Part shown: piece by piece, positions 29,472 through 39,200 of the stretch | How positions within the stretch are numbered: position 1 is the first letter of the stretch | How the letters are laid out: each line of letters starts with the position of its first letter | NCBI GenBank assembly: GCA_034530875.2 | Contig: JAVRCJ020000002.1 | Location: 1-64,000 of the forward strand | DNA: 64,000 nt | Direction: 5' to 3' | DNA from: Nostoc sp. DedSLP01 | Lineage (GTDB): Bacteria; Cyanobacteriota; Cyanobacteriia; Cyanobacteriales; Nostocaceae | Notes under the pieces: generated by a model | What the model was told of the DNA's origin: nothing | What the model saw: only the letters and a program-made list of their open reading frames with translations | Database searches by the model: none | Program-made: the position numbers and the translations under genes

Positions 29472-30278
29472 TTACTGAAGTTTTAAGAACTTATCTAAAG
29501 CCATAACCATACTCGCAGGCCAACGACGGATATTTTTTACCCAATTGATATCCTTATAACGGCTATCTAGCCCATAAGCCGCTACCCAGTTGCTTTCGGC
29601 TTCTCCTTGTTTTCCACTCACCCAATAAGCAGCAGTGAGGGCGGCACGCATATCAGCAAATTTAGGATATTTGCGGACGATATTTTGCATTTCTTTGATT
29701 GCTTTGTCTGTTTGCTCAGTTTCATAAAGGGCGAGGGCGTAATTAGCACGGGCAAAAGCAAAATTGGGGGCAATTTCCACTGATTTTTTATAATCAGCGA
29801 TCGCCTCTTCCCATTTTCCTAAACCACCTTTGGCATTACCACGATTGTTATATGCCATCGCATCTTTAGGATCGAGTTCTAAAACATGATTATAATCAGC
29901 GATCGCCTCTTCCCATTTTCCCAACCCTTCCAAGGCTGCACCCCGATTCAAATAAGGATCTGTGACATTTGGGGCAAGTTCTATGGCTTTGTTGTAATCT
30001 TTGAGCGCCTCTTGTAACTTATTCTGACTCACTCGCGAATTTCCTCGGTTACTCCACGCCCCTGCATTTGTGGGAAATTCCTCAATAATTTTTGTCCAAT
30101 ATGTTTCAGCCGTGGCAAAATCACCCTTATTTGTAGCGGCAAAAGCCTGATTTGCCCACTCATCGCCTTGTTTTAATTGTTCTTGAGTAACACTTGGTAA
30201 TTGAGATTGTGCCATCACTGGTGTACCCCAGCCAAAGACAACTAACAAACACAGAAAAATACCAATCAACTTCATCAT
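29472..30278 (-). CDS. Exported tetratricopeptide-repeat protein
   Basis: Signal peptide; 34-aa TPR units (AWSNRG, PYLNRG, AYNNRG). Confidence 0.9.
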   Translation of the reverse strand: MMKLIGIFLCLLVVFGWGTPVMAQSQLPSVTQEQLKQGDEWANQAFAATNKGDFATAETYWTKIIEEFPTNAGAWSNRGNSRVSQNKLQEALKDYNKAIELAPNVTDPYLNRGAALEGLGKWEEAIADYNHVLELDPKDAMAYNNRGNAKGGLGKWEEAIADYKKSVEIAPNFAFARANYALALYETEQTDKAIKEMQNIVRKYPKFADMRAALTAAYWVSGKQGEAESNWVAAYGLDSRYKDINWVKNIRRWPASMVMALDKFLKLQ

Positions 30279-30294
30279 CTGGATTTACCGTAAG

Positions 30295-30420
30295 TGAGTG
30301 GGGAGTGGGGAGTGGGGAGTGGGGAGATGGGGGAGTGTGGGGGGAAAGATTTCTTCCCCATCCTCCCACACCTCCCACACCTCCCACACCTTCCACATTT
30401 CCCCATGCCCCATGCCCAAT
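30295..30420. repeat. STRR tandem repeats
   Basis: (GTGGGGA)n, (CCTCCCACA)n, (CCCCATG)n. Confidence 0.8.
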
Positions 30421-30429
30421 TTACCCCAA

Positions 30430-31530
30430 TTACAATAACGATAATTGTTCGTTAGGCGGTGTAAATCCCAAATGCTTGTATGCTGCTTTTGTCGCCATTC
30501 TGCCACGAGGAGTTCTGGTTAAATAACCAATCTGCATCAGGTAAGGTTCGTACACCTCTTCAATTGTTTGGGTATCTTCACCTGTTGCAGCCGCCATTGT
30601 TTCCAATCCCACTGGCCCGCCGTTAAATTGTTCAATTATTACACTGAGCATCTGGCGGTCTGTCCAATCTAAACCGCACGGATCTACTTGGAATAGTTGC
30701 AGTGCCTCAGATGCAATGCTTTCATTAATTTCACCACATAATTTTACTTCCGCGTAATCGCGTACTCTCTTGAGTAATCTATTGGCAATCCGTGGCGTTC
30801 CGCGCGATCGCCTGGCAATTTCTGCGGCACCATCTTCGGTAATGGGGGTTTTGAGTAATTCAGCGCTTCGCAGTACAATTTTACTCAGTTCATCAACTTC
30901 ATAAAATCGCAGTTTTTGAATTAAACCGAAGCGATCGCGCAGTGGTGAAGTTAAGGCTCCTACACGGGTTGTAGCTCCTACCAAGGTAAATTTTGATAGC
31001 GGCAAACTTCTGATTCGAGCGCTGGAACCCTTACCAACAGTAATATCTAAACGATAATCTTCCATTGCTGGGTAGAGAATTTCTTCTGTCATCCGAGAGA
31101 GGCGATGAATTTCATCTACAAATAAGATATCTCCTGGCTTCATATTTACCAGCAGCCCAACAATATCTCGCGGACGTTCCAGCGCCGGGGCACTAGTAAT
31201 TTTGTAATTTACCCCCATTTCTGATGCTAAAATCATCGCCATTGTAGTTTTACCCAATCCTGGCGGCCCGTACAGCAGCAAGTGATCCAGCACCTCACCA
31301 CGAGACTTAGCTGCTTTAATGGCAATGTCCAGTACATCCTTTAAATCTTTTTGTCCAATGTAATCGGCAAATCGCTGCGGTCGAATACTTTCTTCCTGCC
31401 TGTCTTGTTCGTCAATAGCAGCTTCAGGTTGCAAAATATTGTTTGTGGCTGCTGCTTTCACCGATTCCCGACGTTGCTTTGGTTCTTTGTTAGGTTCTGA
31501 AGGCTGTTTTTTCGAGGAGATTATCGCCAT
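30430..31530 (-). CDS. ruvB: Holliday junction branch migration helicase RuvB
   Basis: [51 protein letters not shown]. Confidence 0.97.
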   Translation of the reverse strand: MAIISSKKQPSEPNKEPKQRRESVKAAATNNILQPEAAIDEQDRQEESIRPQRFADYIGQKDLKDVLDIAIKAAKSRGEVLDHLLLYGPPGLGKTTMAMILASEMGVNYKITSAPALERPRDIVGLLVNMKPGDILFVDEIHRLSRMTEEILYPAMEDYRLDITVGKGSSARIRSLPLSKFTLVGATTRVGALTSPLRDRFGLIQKLRFYEVDELSKIVLRSAELLKTPITEDGAAEIARRSRGTPRIANRLLKRVRDYAEVKLCGEINESIASEALQLFQVDPCGLDWTDRQMLSVIIEQFNGGPVGLETMAAATGEDTQTIEEVYEPYLMQIGYLTRTPRGRMATKAAYKHLGFTPPNEQLSLL

Positions 31531-31538
31531 AATTTTTT

Positions 31539-31670
31539 AGGGGACTGGGGACTGGGGACTGGGGACTGGGGACTGGGGTGGTGGAGTGATGGGGCGATGG
31601 GGTGGTGGGGGTAGTTTCACCCCATCACCCCATCTCCTCATCCCTTCCACACTCCCAATGCCCCATGCCC
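31539..31670. repeat. STRR tandem repeats (GGGGACT)n and related units
   Basis: Five GGGGACT units, then GGGG../CCCCAT inverted tracts. Confidence 0.85.
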
Positions 31671-31755
31671 ATACTTGTGAAAATTTTCGGTTGCGAATAC
31701 CCGCGCCAATTTAAAATTTAAATTCGGTCAATTACCTAGAAGTACAAAAATTATT

Positions 31756-32529
31756 ATGTTATCTAAAAGAATCTTACCGTGCTTAGATGTGAAGGCGGGA
31801 CGGGTTGTAAAAGGAGTTAATTTTGTCAACCTGCAAGATGCAGGCGATCCCGTTGAACTAGCAAAGGTTTACAACGAAGCCGGTGCTGATGAGTTAGTAT
31901 TTCTGGATATTACGGCCACTCATGAAGACCGAGCTACTATTTTAGATGTGGTTTACCGGACTGCCGAACAAGTCTTCATTCCATTGACTGTGGGTGGCGG
32001 TATTCAATCCTTAGAAAATGTTAAAGCTTTGTTACGAGCTGGAGCAGATAAGGTTAGTATTAATTCTGCGGCAGTACGCGAACCAGACTTGATTAATCGG
32101 GCAAGCGATCGCTTTGGCAATCAATGCATAGTTGTTGCTATTGATGCCAGACGCAGGGTTAACCCGGAAAATCCAGGTTGGGATGTGTATGTACGTGGTG
32201 GCAGGGAAAATACAGGCTTAGATGCCCTACTGTGGGCACAAGAAGTTGAAAAACGGGGGGCCGGAGAACTGCTAATCACAAGTATGGACGCTGATGGAAC
32301 CCAAGCCGGATACGACCTAGAGTTAACCCGGGCGATTGCAGAAGCCGTAGAAATTCCAGTAATTGCTTCTGGTGGCGCAGGTAATTGCGAACACATATAC
32401 GAAGCCTTAACCAAAGGCAAAGCCGAAGCAGCACTACTAGCATCTCTCTTACATTACGGGCAATTAAGCGTAGCTCAAATCAAAAATTATCTGCGCGATC
32501 GCCAAATACCAGTACGCTTAGCTTCTTGA
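31756..32529 (+). CDS. hisF: Imidazole glycerol phosphate synthase cyclase subunit
   Basis: [43 protein letters not shown]. Confidence 0.97.
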   Translation: MLSKRILPCLDVKAGRVVKGVNFVNLQDAGDPVELAKVYNEAGADELVFLDITATHEDRATILDVVYRTAEQVFIPLTVGGGIQSLENVKALLRAGADKVSINSAAVREPDLINRASDRFGNQCIVVAIDARRRVNPENPGWDVYVRGGRENTGLDALLWAQEVEKRGAGELLITSMDADGTQAGYDLELTRAIAEAVEIPVIASGGAGNCEHIYEALTKGKAEAALLASLLHYGQLSVAQIKNYLRDRQIPVRLAS

Positions 32530-32641
32530 ATGGTTACTATCTATTGATATTTATCAATCGTTCGCATCTATCTCAGGTTAGACACACTTCTTCAAAAGGA
32601 TGTTAATATTGGTTTACATCTATTAATAAATATTAAGAAAT

Positions 32642-32833
32642 ATGTTAATTCCTATTTTAATTTTTGATGTTGCCCTAGTGGCATGGTCGCTGCACCTTAT
32701 GGAAAGAGCTTATGAGAATAAGGAATTCTCTTTAATGTTGGCAGGTACGTTGGTTGCTTTAGCGGCTGCTGCGATGTTAGTTGTTTACTTTTTAATGGGT
32801 CATTGCATGACCTATTTGTTGCAAGTATCCTAG
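32642..32833 (+). CDS. Small two-TM membrane protein, unknown function
   Basis: 63 aa with two hydrophobic helices; clean ATG. Confidence 0.7.
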   Translation: MLIPILIFDVALVAWSLHLMERAYENKEFSLMLAGTLVALAAAAMLVVYFLMGHCMTYLLQVS

Positions 32834-32876
32834 AAACATCTGAATACGGGACACATTGACGTCTCATAGCTAAAGC

Positions 32877-32906
32877 TTGACAAAATAGCAATAATTAAGG
32901 TAAGTT
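32877..32906 (+). promoter_or_regulatory. Sigma70-type promoter of tRNA-Ala
   Basis: TTGACA (32877-32882), 18-bp spacer, TAAGTT (32901-32906), just upstream of the tRNA. Confidence 0.55.
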
Positions 32907-32922
32907 ATATAACGCACTGTAA

Positions 32923-32995
32923 GGGGTTATAGCTCAGTTGGTAGAGCACCTCAATGGCATTGAGGGGGTCAGCGGTTCGAATCCGCTTAGCTCCA
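32923..32995 (+). tRNA. trnA: tRNA-Ala (GGC)
   Basis: Cloverleaf GGGGTTA/TAGCTCC with G3:U70, D-arm GCTC/GAGC, anticodon arm CCTCA-ATGGCAT-TGAGG, TTCGAAT loop; CCA not encoded. Confidence 0.97.
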
Positions 32996-33031
32996 TTTGG
33001 ACATTAAATAATTATTGTCAGTTTTTCTCAC

Positions 33032-33072
33032 TGGAAGCATAACTTTTCCGTGAGTGAAAGTTTATGCTTCCA
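33032..33072 (+). terminator. Stem-loop downstream of tRNA-Ala
   Basis: TGGAAGCATAA(CTTT)...(AAAG)TTATGCTTCCA inverted repeat; no strong U-tract. Confidence 0.5.
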
Positions 33073-33494
33073 ATATACCTAAAACACCGATTAACAAGCC
33101 GCATCGAATCTACGACTATATGGCGTGACTGCCTACGCGGGAGACTTGTAAGCTAATCCGTCTTTCAGTTGCATAATCCTTAGCCTCAGAAAGACGCTCT
33201 GATGCAATTTGAATGATTATTAGCTTATCAGTAACAAGCACTACCAGCAAGATTTTAACGGCACGTTCCAAAACCAGTGGAGCCAGAGGTATTAATAAAA
33301 GCAATTACAAGTGTATAGCCCAAATAAAGACAGAAATATCAGTGGATCGGGTCATATAGTTAATAAAATAGTAGAAACCTGAGTTTTGGTTATGGACATC
33401 AGTATGGCTAAACAATTGCTTATTTACTATTTTATTCATGAAACATAAAGCAACTTTGAGTTAAGTAGTATGTAATAGAAAAGGTAAGATAGTT

Positions 33495-34517
33495 GTGGAA
33501 CAAGAAGAGTTAAGCTTTATTTTTGAAAGAATTCAACAGCAAATAGAAGCACTAGAGCAATACCTAACTCAATCGCCTATACAGCAGCAACAGGCTATCT
33601 CAGCGTTGAAATTTCTCAATACTTCCATACGAAATCTGGAATTTCTTCAAGAAGAAATTCAGACTAATTTAGAATTAATCAAAACGATAGAAAAATTACT
33701 ACAACAAAATGAAACATTAATATTAGAACGTCAGGTTTATCATGATTTGTTCAAATTAGCTCCTAATGCTTATTTGGTGACAAATGCAGAAGGAATAATT
33801 TTAGAAATCAATTATATGGCTGCTGTATTATTGAATGTATCTCCTAGTTTGTTAATTGGGAAATCATTGAGCAGTTTTATCGCTAAAAACGAGCAGCAAT
33901 TTTTTCTTAGCAAACTGAAGGAGTCGTTGAATGAAGAGTCTGTGCAAGAACTAGAAGTTTCCATTTATCCCCGCGATCGCCAAGCTTTTAATGCAATACT
34001 ATTAGTGAAAGCTGGGCGAGAAACTACAGGAGCTAATGGCGCATTACAGATATGCTTGTATGATATTACCAAGTACAAGCAGTTAGAATCGCCCGGACAA
34101 ATGCCCAGCTTGAGCGCAACTATAGAAAGTCCCAATCAGCTGGATGGTTTACGCATACTGTTCGTAGATGATGAAGCTGATACGCGGGATTTGATTGCGG
34201 CAGTGTTCATGCAATATGGGGTTGTAGTCACAACCGTTGCAACTGTGGCAGAAGCTTTGCAAGAATTAGAGCGATCGCAGCCTGATGTCATCATCAGTGA
34301 TGTCAGAATGCCAGATGAAGATGGTTATGCGTTAATTAGCAAAGTCAAAGCATTAGAAGCAGAAAAAGGATGGCAAATTCCTACTGCTGCAATCAGCGCT
34401 TATCATACAGAAGACAGAGTAAAAGCAATCAAAGCAGGCTTTCAATCGCATTTACATAAATTAGCACAGCCAACAGAGTTAATTGCAATGGTGGCACAGT
34501 TAGCGAACCGAGTTTAA
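33495..34517 (+). CDS. Coiled coil-PAS-receiver protein without kinase core
   Basis: YHDLFKLAPNAYLVTNAEG PAS; ILFVDDEAD, PDVIISDVRMPDEDGY receiver; GTG start. Confidence 0.85.
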   Translation: MEQEELSFIFERIQQQIEALEQYLTQSPIQQQQAISALKFLNTSIRNLEFLQEEIQTNLELIKTIEKLLQQNETLILERQVYHDLFKLAPNAYLVTNAEGIILEINYMAAVLLNVSPSLLIGKSLSSFIAKNEQQFFLSKLKESLNEESVQELEVSIYPRDRQAFNAILLVKAGRETTGANGALQICLYDITKYKQLESPGQMPSLSATIESPNQLDGLRILFVDDEADTRDLIAAVFMQYGVVVTTVATVAEALQELERSQPDVIISDVRMPDEDGYALISKVKALEAEKGWQIPTAAISAYHTEDRVKAIKAGFQSHLHKLAQPTELIAMVAQLANRV

Positions 34518-34520
34518 ACA

Positions 34521-34698
34521 TATAGGAATCCGGTTTGATTACTGAAATTATTTGTGTGGTGCGCGTTTGCAAAGCGTCTCGCAGAGAAGCGCAGCGCAAG
34601 TGCGATAGGCAGGGAGTAGGGAATGGGGAGTAGGGAGTGGGAAAGAAGCCTTGTTTGGGTGTACTGATTTTTTCACCAAATCAAATATGATTCCTATA
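34521..34698. mobile_element. ~180-bp MITE (inverted copy of 15122-15300)
   Basis: TATAGGAATCCGGTTTGATT...AATCAAATATGATTCCTATA; body aligns with 15122-15300. Confidence 0.8.
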
Positions 34699-34828
34699 TC
34701 ACCATTATTGATAATATGTGTTTACCTGCCTCTGAAACCTTGTTGCTATGCTGATTGGCTTTATTAATTTAAAGAGGCAATTTCTACTTGAGATAGAAAC
34801 TCTTTTATATAAATTACTTTGATTTTTT

Positions 34829-35137
34829 ATGTATAAAACTATCGATGATTTTGAGAAACAACAGGTAAAACTATATAGGCAAGAAATCGGCCAAAAAATC
34901 AGACAGTTTGCATATAAAGTTTATTTAGATGGAGAAGAAGCTATACAGGCAGCAAAGGAAATAAAACAAATTACCAAAATTACTCAACAGGCAAAGGAGA
35001 AAGCAAGGCTGGCTATAAAGGAAGCAAGTCTTGCCAAAGAAAAAACGCGCCAAGCTAAAGCGAAATTTCAGAGCTTAGTAAATTTATCTGGAAAAGCACA
35101 GGAGAAAAAATCGAATTTTTATGCAGATTGTAGCTAA
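34829..35137 (+). CDS. Small basic coiled-coil hypothetical protein
   Basis: 102-aa ORF rich in K/A/Q/E, 27 bp upstream of cheB-GAF. Confidence 0.55.
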   Translation: MYKTIDDFEKQQVKLYRQEIGQKIRQFAYKVYLDGEEAIQAAKEIKQITKITQQAKEKARLAIKEASLAKEKTRQAKAKFQSLVNLSGKAQEKKSNFYADCS

Positions 35138-35164
35138 GTAAGAATTATTAAATTGCACTTATAA

Positions 35165-36280
35165 ATGTCTAGCAACCGACACCATGAAACATCAAAGTTT
35201 GGTATTGTAGCGATCGCTGCTTCTGCTGGAGGAGTGACAGCAATTCGCAAGGTTCTCTGTGGTTTGCCTAGCGACTTTCCTGCTCCCATCTTGTGCCTAC
35301 AACATTTGAGTCCCTTTGATACTAACGTTTTAGCACAAGTATTACAGTTACGAACCCATCTAACAGTACGCTGGGCGCATAGGGGAGAACAACTGATAGC
35401 GGGTGTGGTGTATGTGTGTCCGCCAGAACATTACTTTGTCGTTGATGTTAACGGTACAATCTCTCTGGCACAGCAAGCAACCAAACACGGCTGGCATCAT
35501 GGTGTAAATGGTTTTTTTGAGTCAGTGGCTCAGAGTTACGCAAACCGCGCTGTAGTAGTTGTGATGACTGGCACTGGCAAAGGTGGCGCAGAGGGGGTAC
35601 AGGAAGTGTCTCGCAGGGGTGGTATCGTTCTGGCTCAAGATCGAGCCAGTTCTGTTGCTTATGGAATGCCCCAAGCGGCGATTGCAACTGGTTGCGTAAA
35701 CCGAGTTTTACCCTGCGAACAAATCGCTCCATTATTAGTACGTTTGGTATGTAAGGGGTATTCTTTATCCCAAATACCGAGCAGTAACATCACATCATTA
35801 AGCACAAAGCTGCAAATATCGCCCATATTTCAAGATGCGTTGTCTGGTTTACTTGATAGAGCAGTAGCAATGCACCGTACCGATATGGGTTACATTCATC
35901 TGTTTGAGAGGCAATCATGTACGCTCGAACTCGCAGTCCAATGCGGCTTTGAACCAAGCTCATTCTCTGACTTTAGAACAGTTAACATTACCGATAATTC
36001 ACCCTGCATCAGTGCCGTGCGTACTGGAGAGTCCATCATCGTTGAAGATGTCCAAACCCATACCATGTTCATTTCTCACCGAGCGATCGCATTGGCTGCG
36101 GGATATCGTGCTGTCCAATCTACACCGTTAACCAGTAACAGTGGCAGGTTGCTTGGTGTATTGTCTACTCATTTTCGCCAACCTCGCCAATTTTTGCCGT
36201 GGGAGATGAAGCTCCTCGATATGCACGCTCGTCATGCTGGCAATCTTATAGAAGTATTTCAAACAGATATAGTTAGATAA
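35165..36280 (+). CDS. cheB: CheB methylesterase-like domain fused to a C-terminal GAF domain
   Basis: AIAASAGG, LQHL, VYVCPP, LAQD..SS..YGMP..AI; GAF with RAVQSTPL..GRLLGVLSTHF; the Asp of TGxGxDG is replaced by Gly. Confidence 0.85.
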   Translation: MSSNRHHETSKFGIVAIAASAGGVTAIRKVLCGLPSDFPAPILCLQHLSPFDTNVLAQVLQLRTHLTVRWAHRGEQLIAGVVYVCPPEHYFVVDVNGTISLAQQATKHGWHHGVNGFFESVAQSYANRAVVVVMTGTGKGGAEGVQEVSRRGGIVLAQDRASSVAYGMPQAAIATGCVNRVLPCEQIAPLLVRLVCKGYSLSQIPSSNITSLSTKLQISPIFQDALSGLLDRAVAMHRTDMGYIHLFERQSCTLELAVQCGFEPSSFSDFRTVNITDNSPCISAVRTGESIIVEDVQTHTMFISHRAIALAAGYRAVQSTPLTSNSGRLLGVLSTHFRQPRQFLPWEMKLLDMHARHAGNLIEVFQTDIVR

Positions 36281-36283
36281 CCT

Positions 36284-39200
36284 CTACGCGATCGTAGGCA
36301 ACTTAACGCTAAAAATTGTACCCTGACCGATACCAGGACTGTGAGCCGCGATTGTACCGCCGTGGAGTTCCACCAAACTACGGGCGATCGCCAGCCCTAA
36401 CCCTAGCCCTTTTTTTGTGCTTGGGGCTTGACTAAATGTCTCAAAAATGTATGGTATAAACTCGGCATCTATGCCACAGCCTGTATCTGTGACTGTAATT
36501 TCAGCTCGATCCTCGTGGCTTTGCAAACCAATTTCGATTTTTCCGCCATTCGGAGTAAATTTAACGGCATTGGTCAGTAAATTTAAGATGATTTGCTGCA
36601 AACGTTCAGAGTCGCCTTGTATTATTACTGGTGAAGGAGCAAGCTGACAGTTTAGACGAATATTTTTGGTCTGCAAAGATTGTTGCACTGTAGCGATCGC
36701 CCGATCGATTGCTTCTTGCAGTTCTACTGGCTCTTGATTTAAGTAAATTTTCCCCGCAGTAATCCGCGAGATATCAAGCAAATCTTGGACAAGTTTGGCT
36801 TGTAGAGTAGCGTTGCGTTCAATTGTTTCCAAAGCTTTAGAGAGCATCGCTGGATTGGGCGGGTTGCTCCTGAGTAAGCGCGTCCAACCGAGAATAGCAA
36901 CTAAGGGGGTATTCAGTTCGTGAGAAACTACAGATAGTACTTCATCCTTGCGGCGGTTAATTGTTCTTTCTTGGTGGAGTGCCTGCGATCGCATATTAGC
37001 CATTTGCAAATAGGCATTGACACGAGTCACAAGTTCATTGGCAGAAAAAGGTTTAATTAGATAATCGTCAGCCCCAGCCAGGAGTCCTTCAACTATAGAT
37101 TCTTCTCCAGCACGGGCAGAAAGTAGAATTATCGGTATTTCTTTTGTTCGCGCATCAGTCCGTAATGCTTTCAATAACCCGAAGCCGTCTAATTCTGGCA
37201 TCATCACATCAGAAAGAACCAGATCCGGCACTTTCTGATTCACCGCCGCCAGTGCAGCCGCCCCATCAGCAACCGCTTGGACTTCTAGGTGTTCGCTTAA
37301 TATCCGCGTTAGGTAATCGCGCATATCGGCGTTGTCATCGACGATGAGAATATGGGAGGGGGAAAGGGTAGAGAAATCCTTTTTCCCTTTTCCCTTTACC
37401 CCTTCCCCTTCTTGCGGTATCCACCGTTCTGCCTCCTGGACATAAGGTACTGCGCCTAATGCAGTTGAGGAGCTTGTGGCTTGAATGCGACGTGCGCGAT
37501 CGTCCCCCGCTACGCTAACATTTGGTAGATGTACTGTGCCTAGTGGAATTGTGACCGTGAAACAGCTACCTACTCCAGGAGCGCTGGTTACGTCTATAGT
37601 TCCACCATGCAGTTTCACTAATTCATGCACTAAAGCTAGACCAATTCCCGAACCTTCATGAGTTCTGGCTTTTGCCGCGCGCACTTGGTAAAACCGCTTC
37701 ATAATATAGGGCAGTTGTTCTGGCTCAATGCCTGTACCTGTATCTTGTACTTGTAGCGTTACATGATGGTCATCAACTAAATGCAGCCTAACGGCGATTT
37801 CACCAACAAAGGTAAACTTAAAGGCATTGGAGAGCAAGTTGAGAACAATTTTCTCCCACATTTGGCGGTCTACATATACAGACTCAGCTAAAGATGGACA
37901 ATCGACGACTAGCCGCAGCCGAGCTTGTTCAATGGCGGAACGAAATACACTGGCTAACTCGGTTGTGTACAGTGCCAAGTCGGTTGGTTCATAAACTGCT
38001 TCCATACGTCCGGCTTCGATGCGGGAGAAGTCGAGTAGGGTATTAACTAGCTTCAGCAGTCTCAGCGTGTTGCGATGTACCAGTTCCAATCGTTCGCGTT
38101 GTACTTCAGGCAAGGGATTGACCCAATCGCTCAAGGCATCTTGCACCGGAGCCAGTATCAACGTTAGCGGTGTGCGGAATTCGTGGCTGACGTTGCTGAA
38201 AAAGAGGGTTTTGGCGCGATCGAGTTCTGCTAGAGTTTCGGCACGTTGGCGTTCTTGTTCGCGGGCGGATTGTTCTCGAACTCGCCTAATTTCTGATTCA
38301 CGCAATTCTGTTTCGGCATGGGCGCGGATAATGGTTGCCCAGATGCGTTCGGCAGTTTCGCGCACAAGTTCAACTTCCGCCTCTGACCACTCACGCGGCG
38401 CGGATTCGGTGACGCAGAGCGAGCCTACCAAAGCGCCTGCTTTGATTACAGGTACGGTGATATGCGCGCTAATCTTGACAGTTGCCATCGCCTCACGGTC
38501 AGCTTTGGGAACGATGTCCGAGGTTTGGGCATCCGCGACGATGATAGTTTCGCCCCTTTTCAAGAACGGCATAGTCCAGCCGTAATCCGCTAACCCATAA
38601 ACGCCTACGAGTGAGGGGAAGTCACCGCGCAAATAATTTTGATTGACGCGCGCGTAACCCTCTGCCTCATTGACTTCGACGTAGTAGGTGCGGTCAACGC
38701 CTAAATGTTCGCCCAGCAGCTGACTAGCTTGGGCTTGAATTTCAACTGGGTCGGTGAGCGATCGCAGTGCATCCGATAACTTGACCCGAAAGGCATCCAT
38801 TTGGGCCGCCCGACGCAATTTTTCTTCCGAGAGTTTACGCTCGGTGATATCAGAAAATACGATCGCCAGTTGTTTGTTTTGAGGATCGCCGTATGGATAC
38901 GCCGCTATTCGCAAGTACCGTCCGACATCGACTGGCTGAATTTCAAACTCTATCGGTTCGCCCGTTGCCAAAACCCTTTCGTAGTTTGCGAGCAACTCAG
39001 CTTCTAGATTCGGCAAAAAATCACGAGCGGTTTTGCCGATCGCGTGCTTGAATCCGCTTTGAATCTCAAATGCGGGATTGACTTCGAGAAAACGGTAGTC
39101 GATCGCCTGCCCGTCGTCATACAGCATTTCGATAATGCAAAAGCCATCGTTGACATTCTCGAATAGCGATCGATATTTCGCTTCTGATTCGCGCAAGGCG

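Noticed and set aside
30160..30526. Short ORFs over G/C-rich tracts (also 8751-8969, 24695-24946, 58633-59028)
   Set aside because: Open frames produced by STRR heptamer repeats, giving low-complexity translations
30295..31670. CRISPR array
   Set aside because: Repeats are contiguous 7-9-mers without unique spacers; no cas genes or repeat-spacer periodicity anywhere in the window
33116..33356. 62-aa minus-strand ORF after the tRNA
   Set aside because: TTG start directly after an in-frame stop; no recognisable motif; possibly debris
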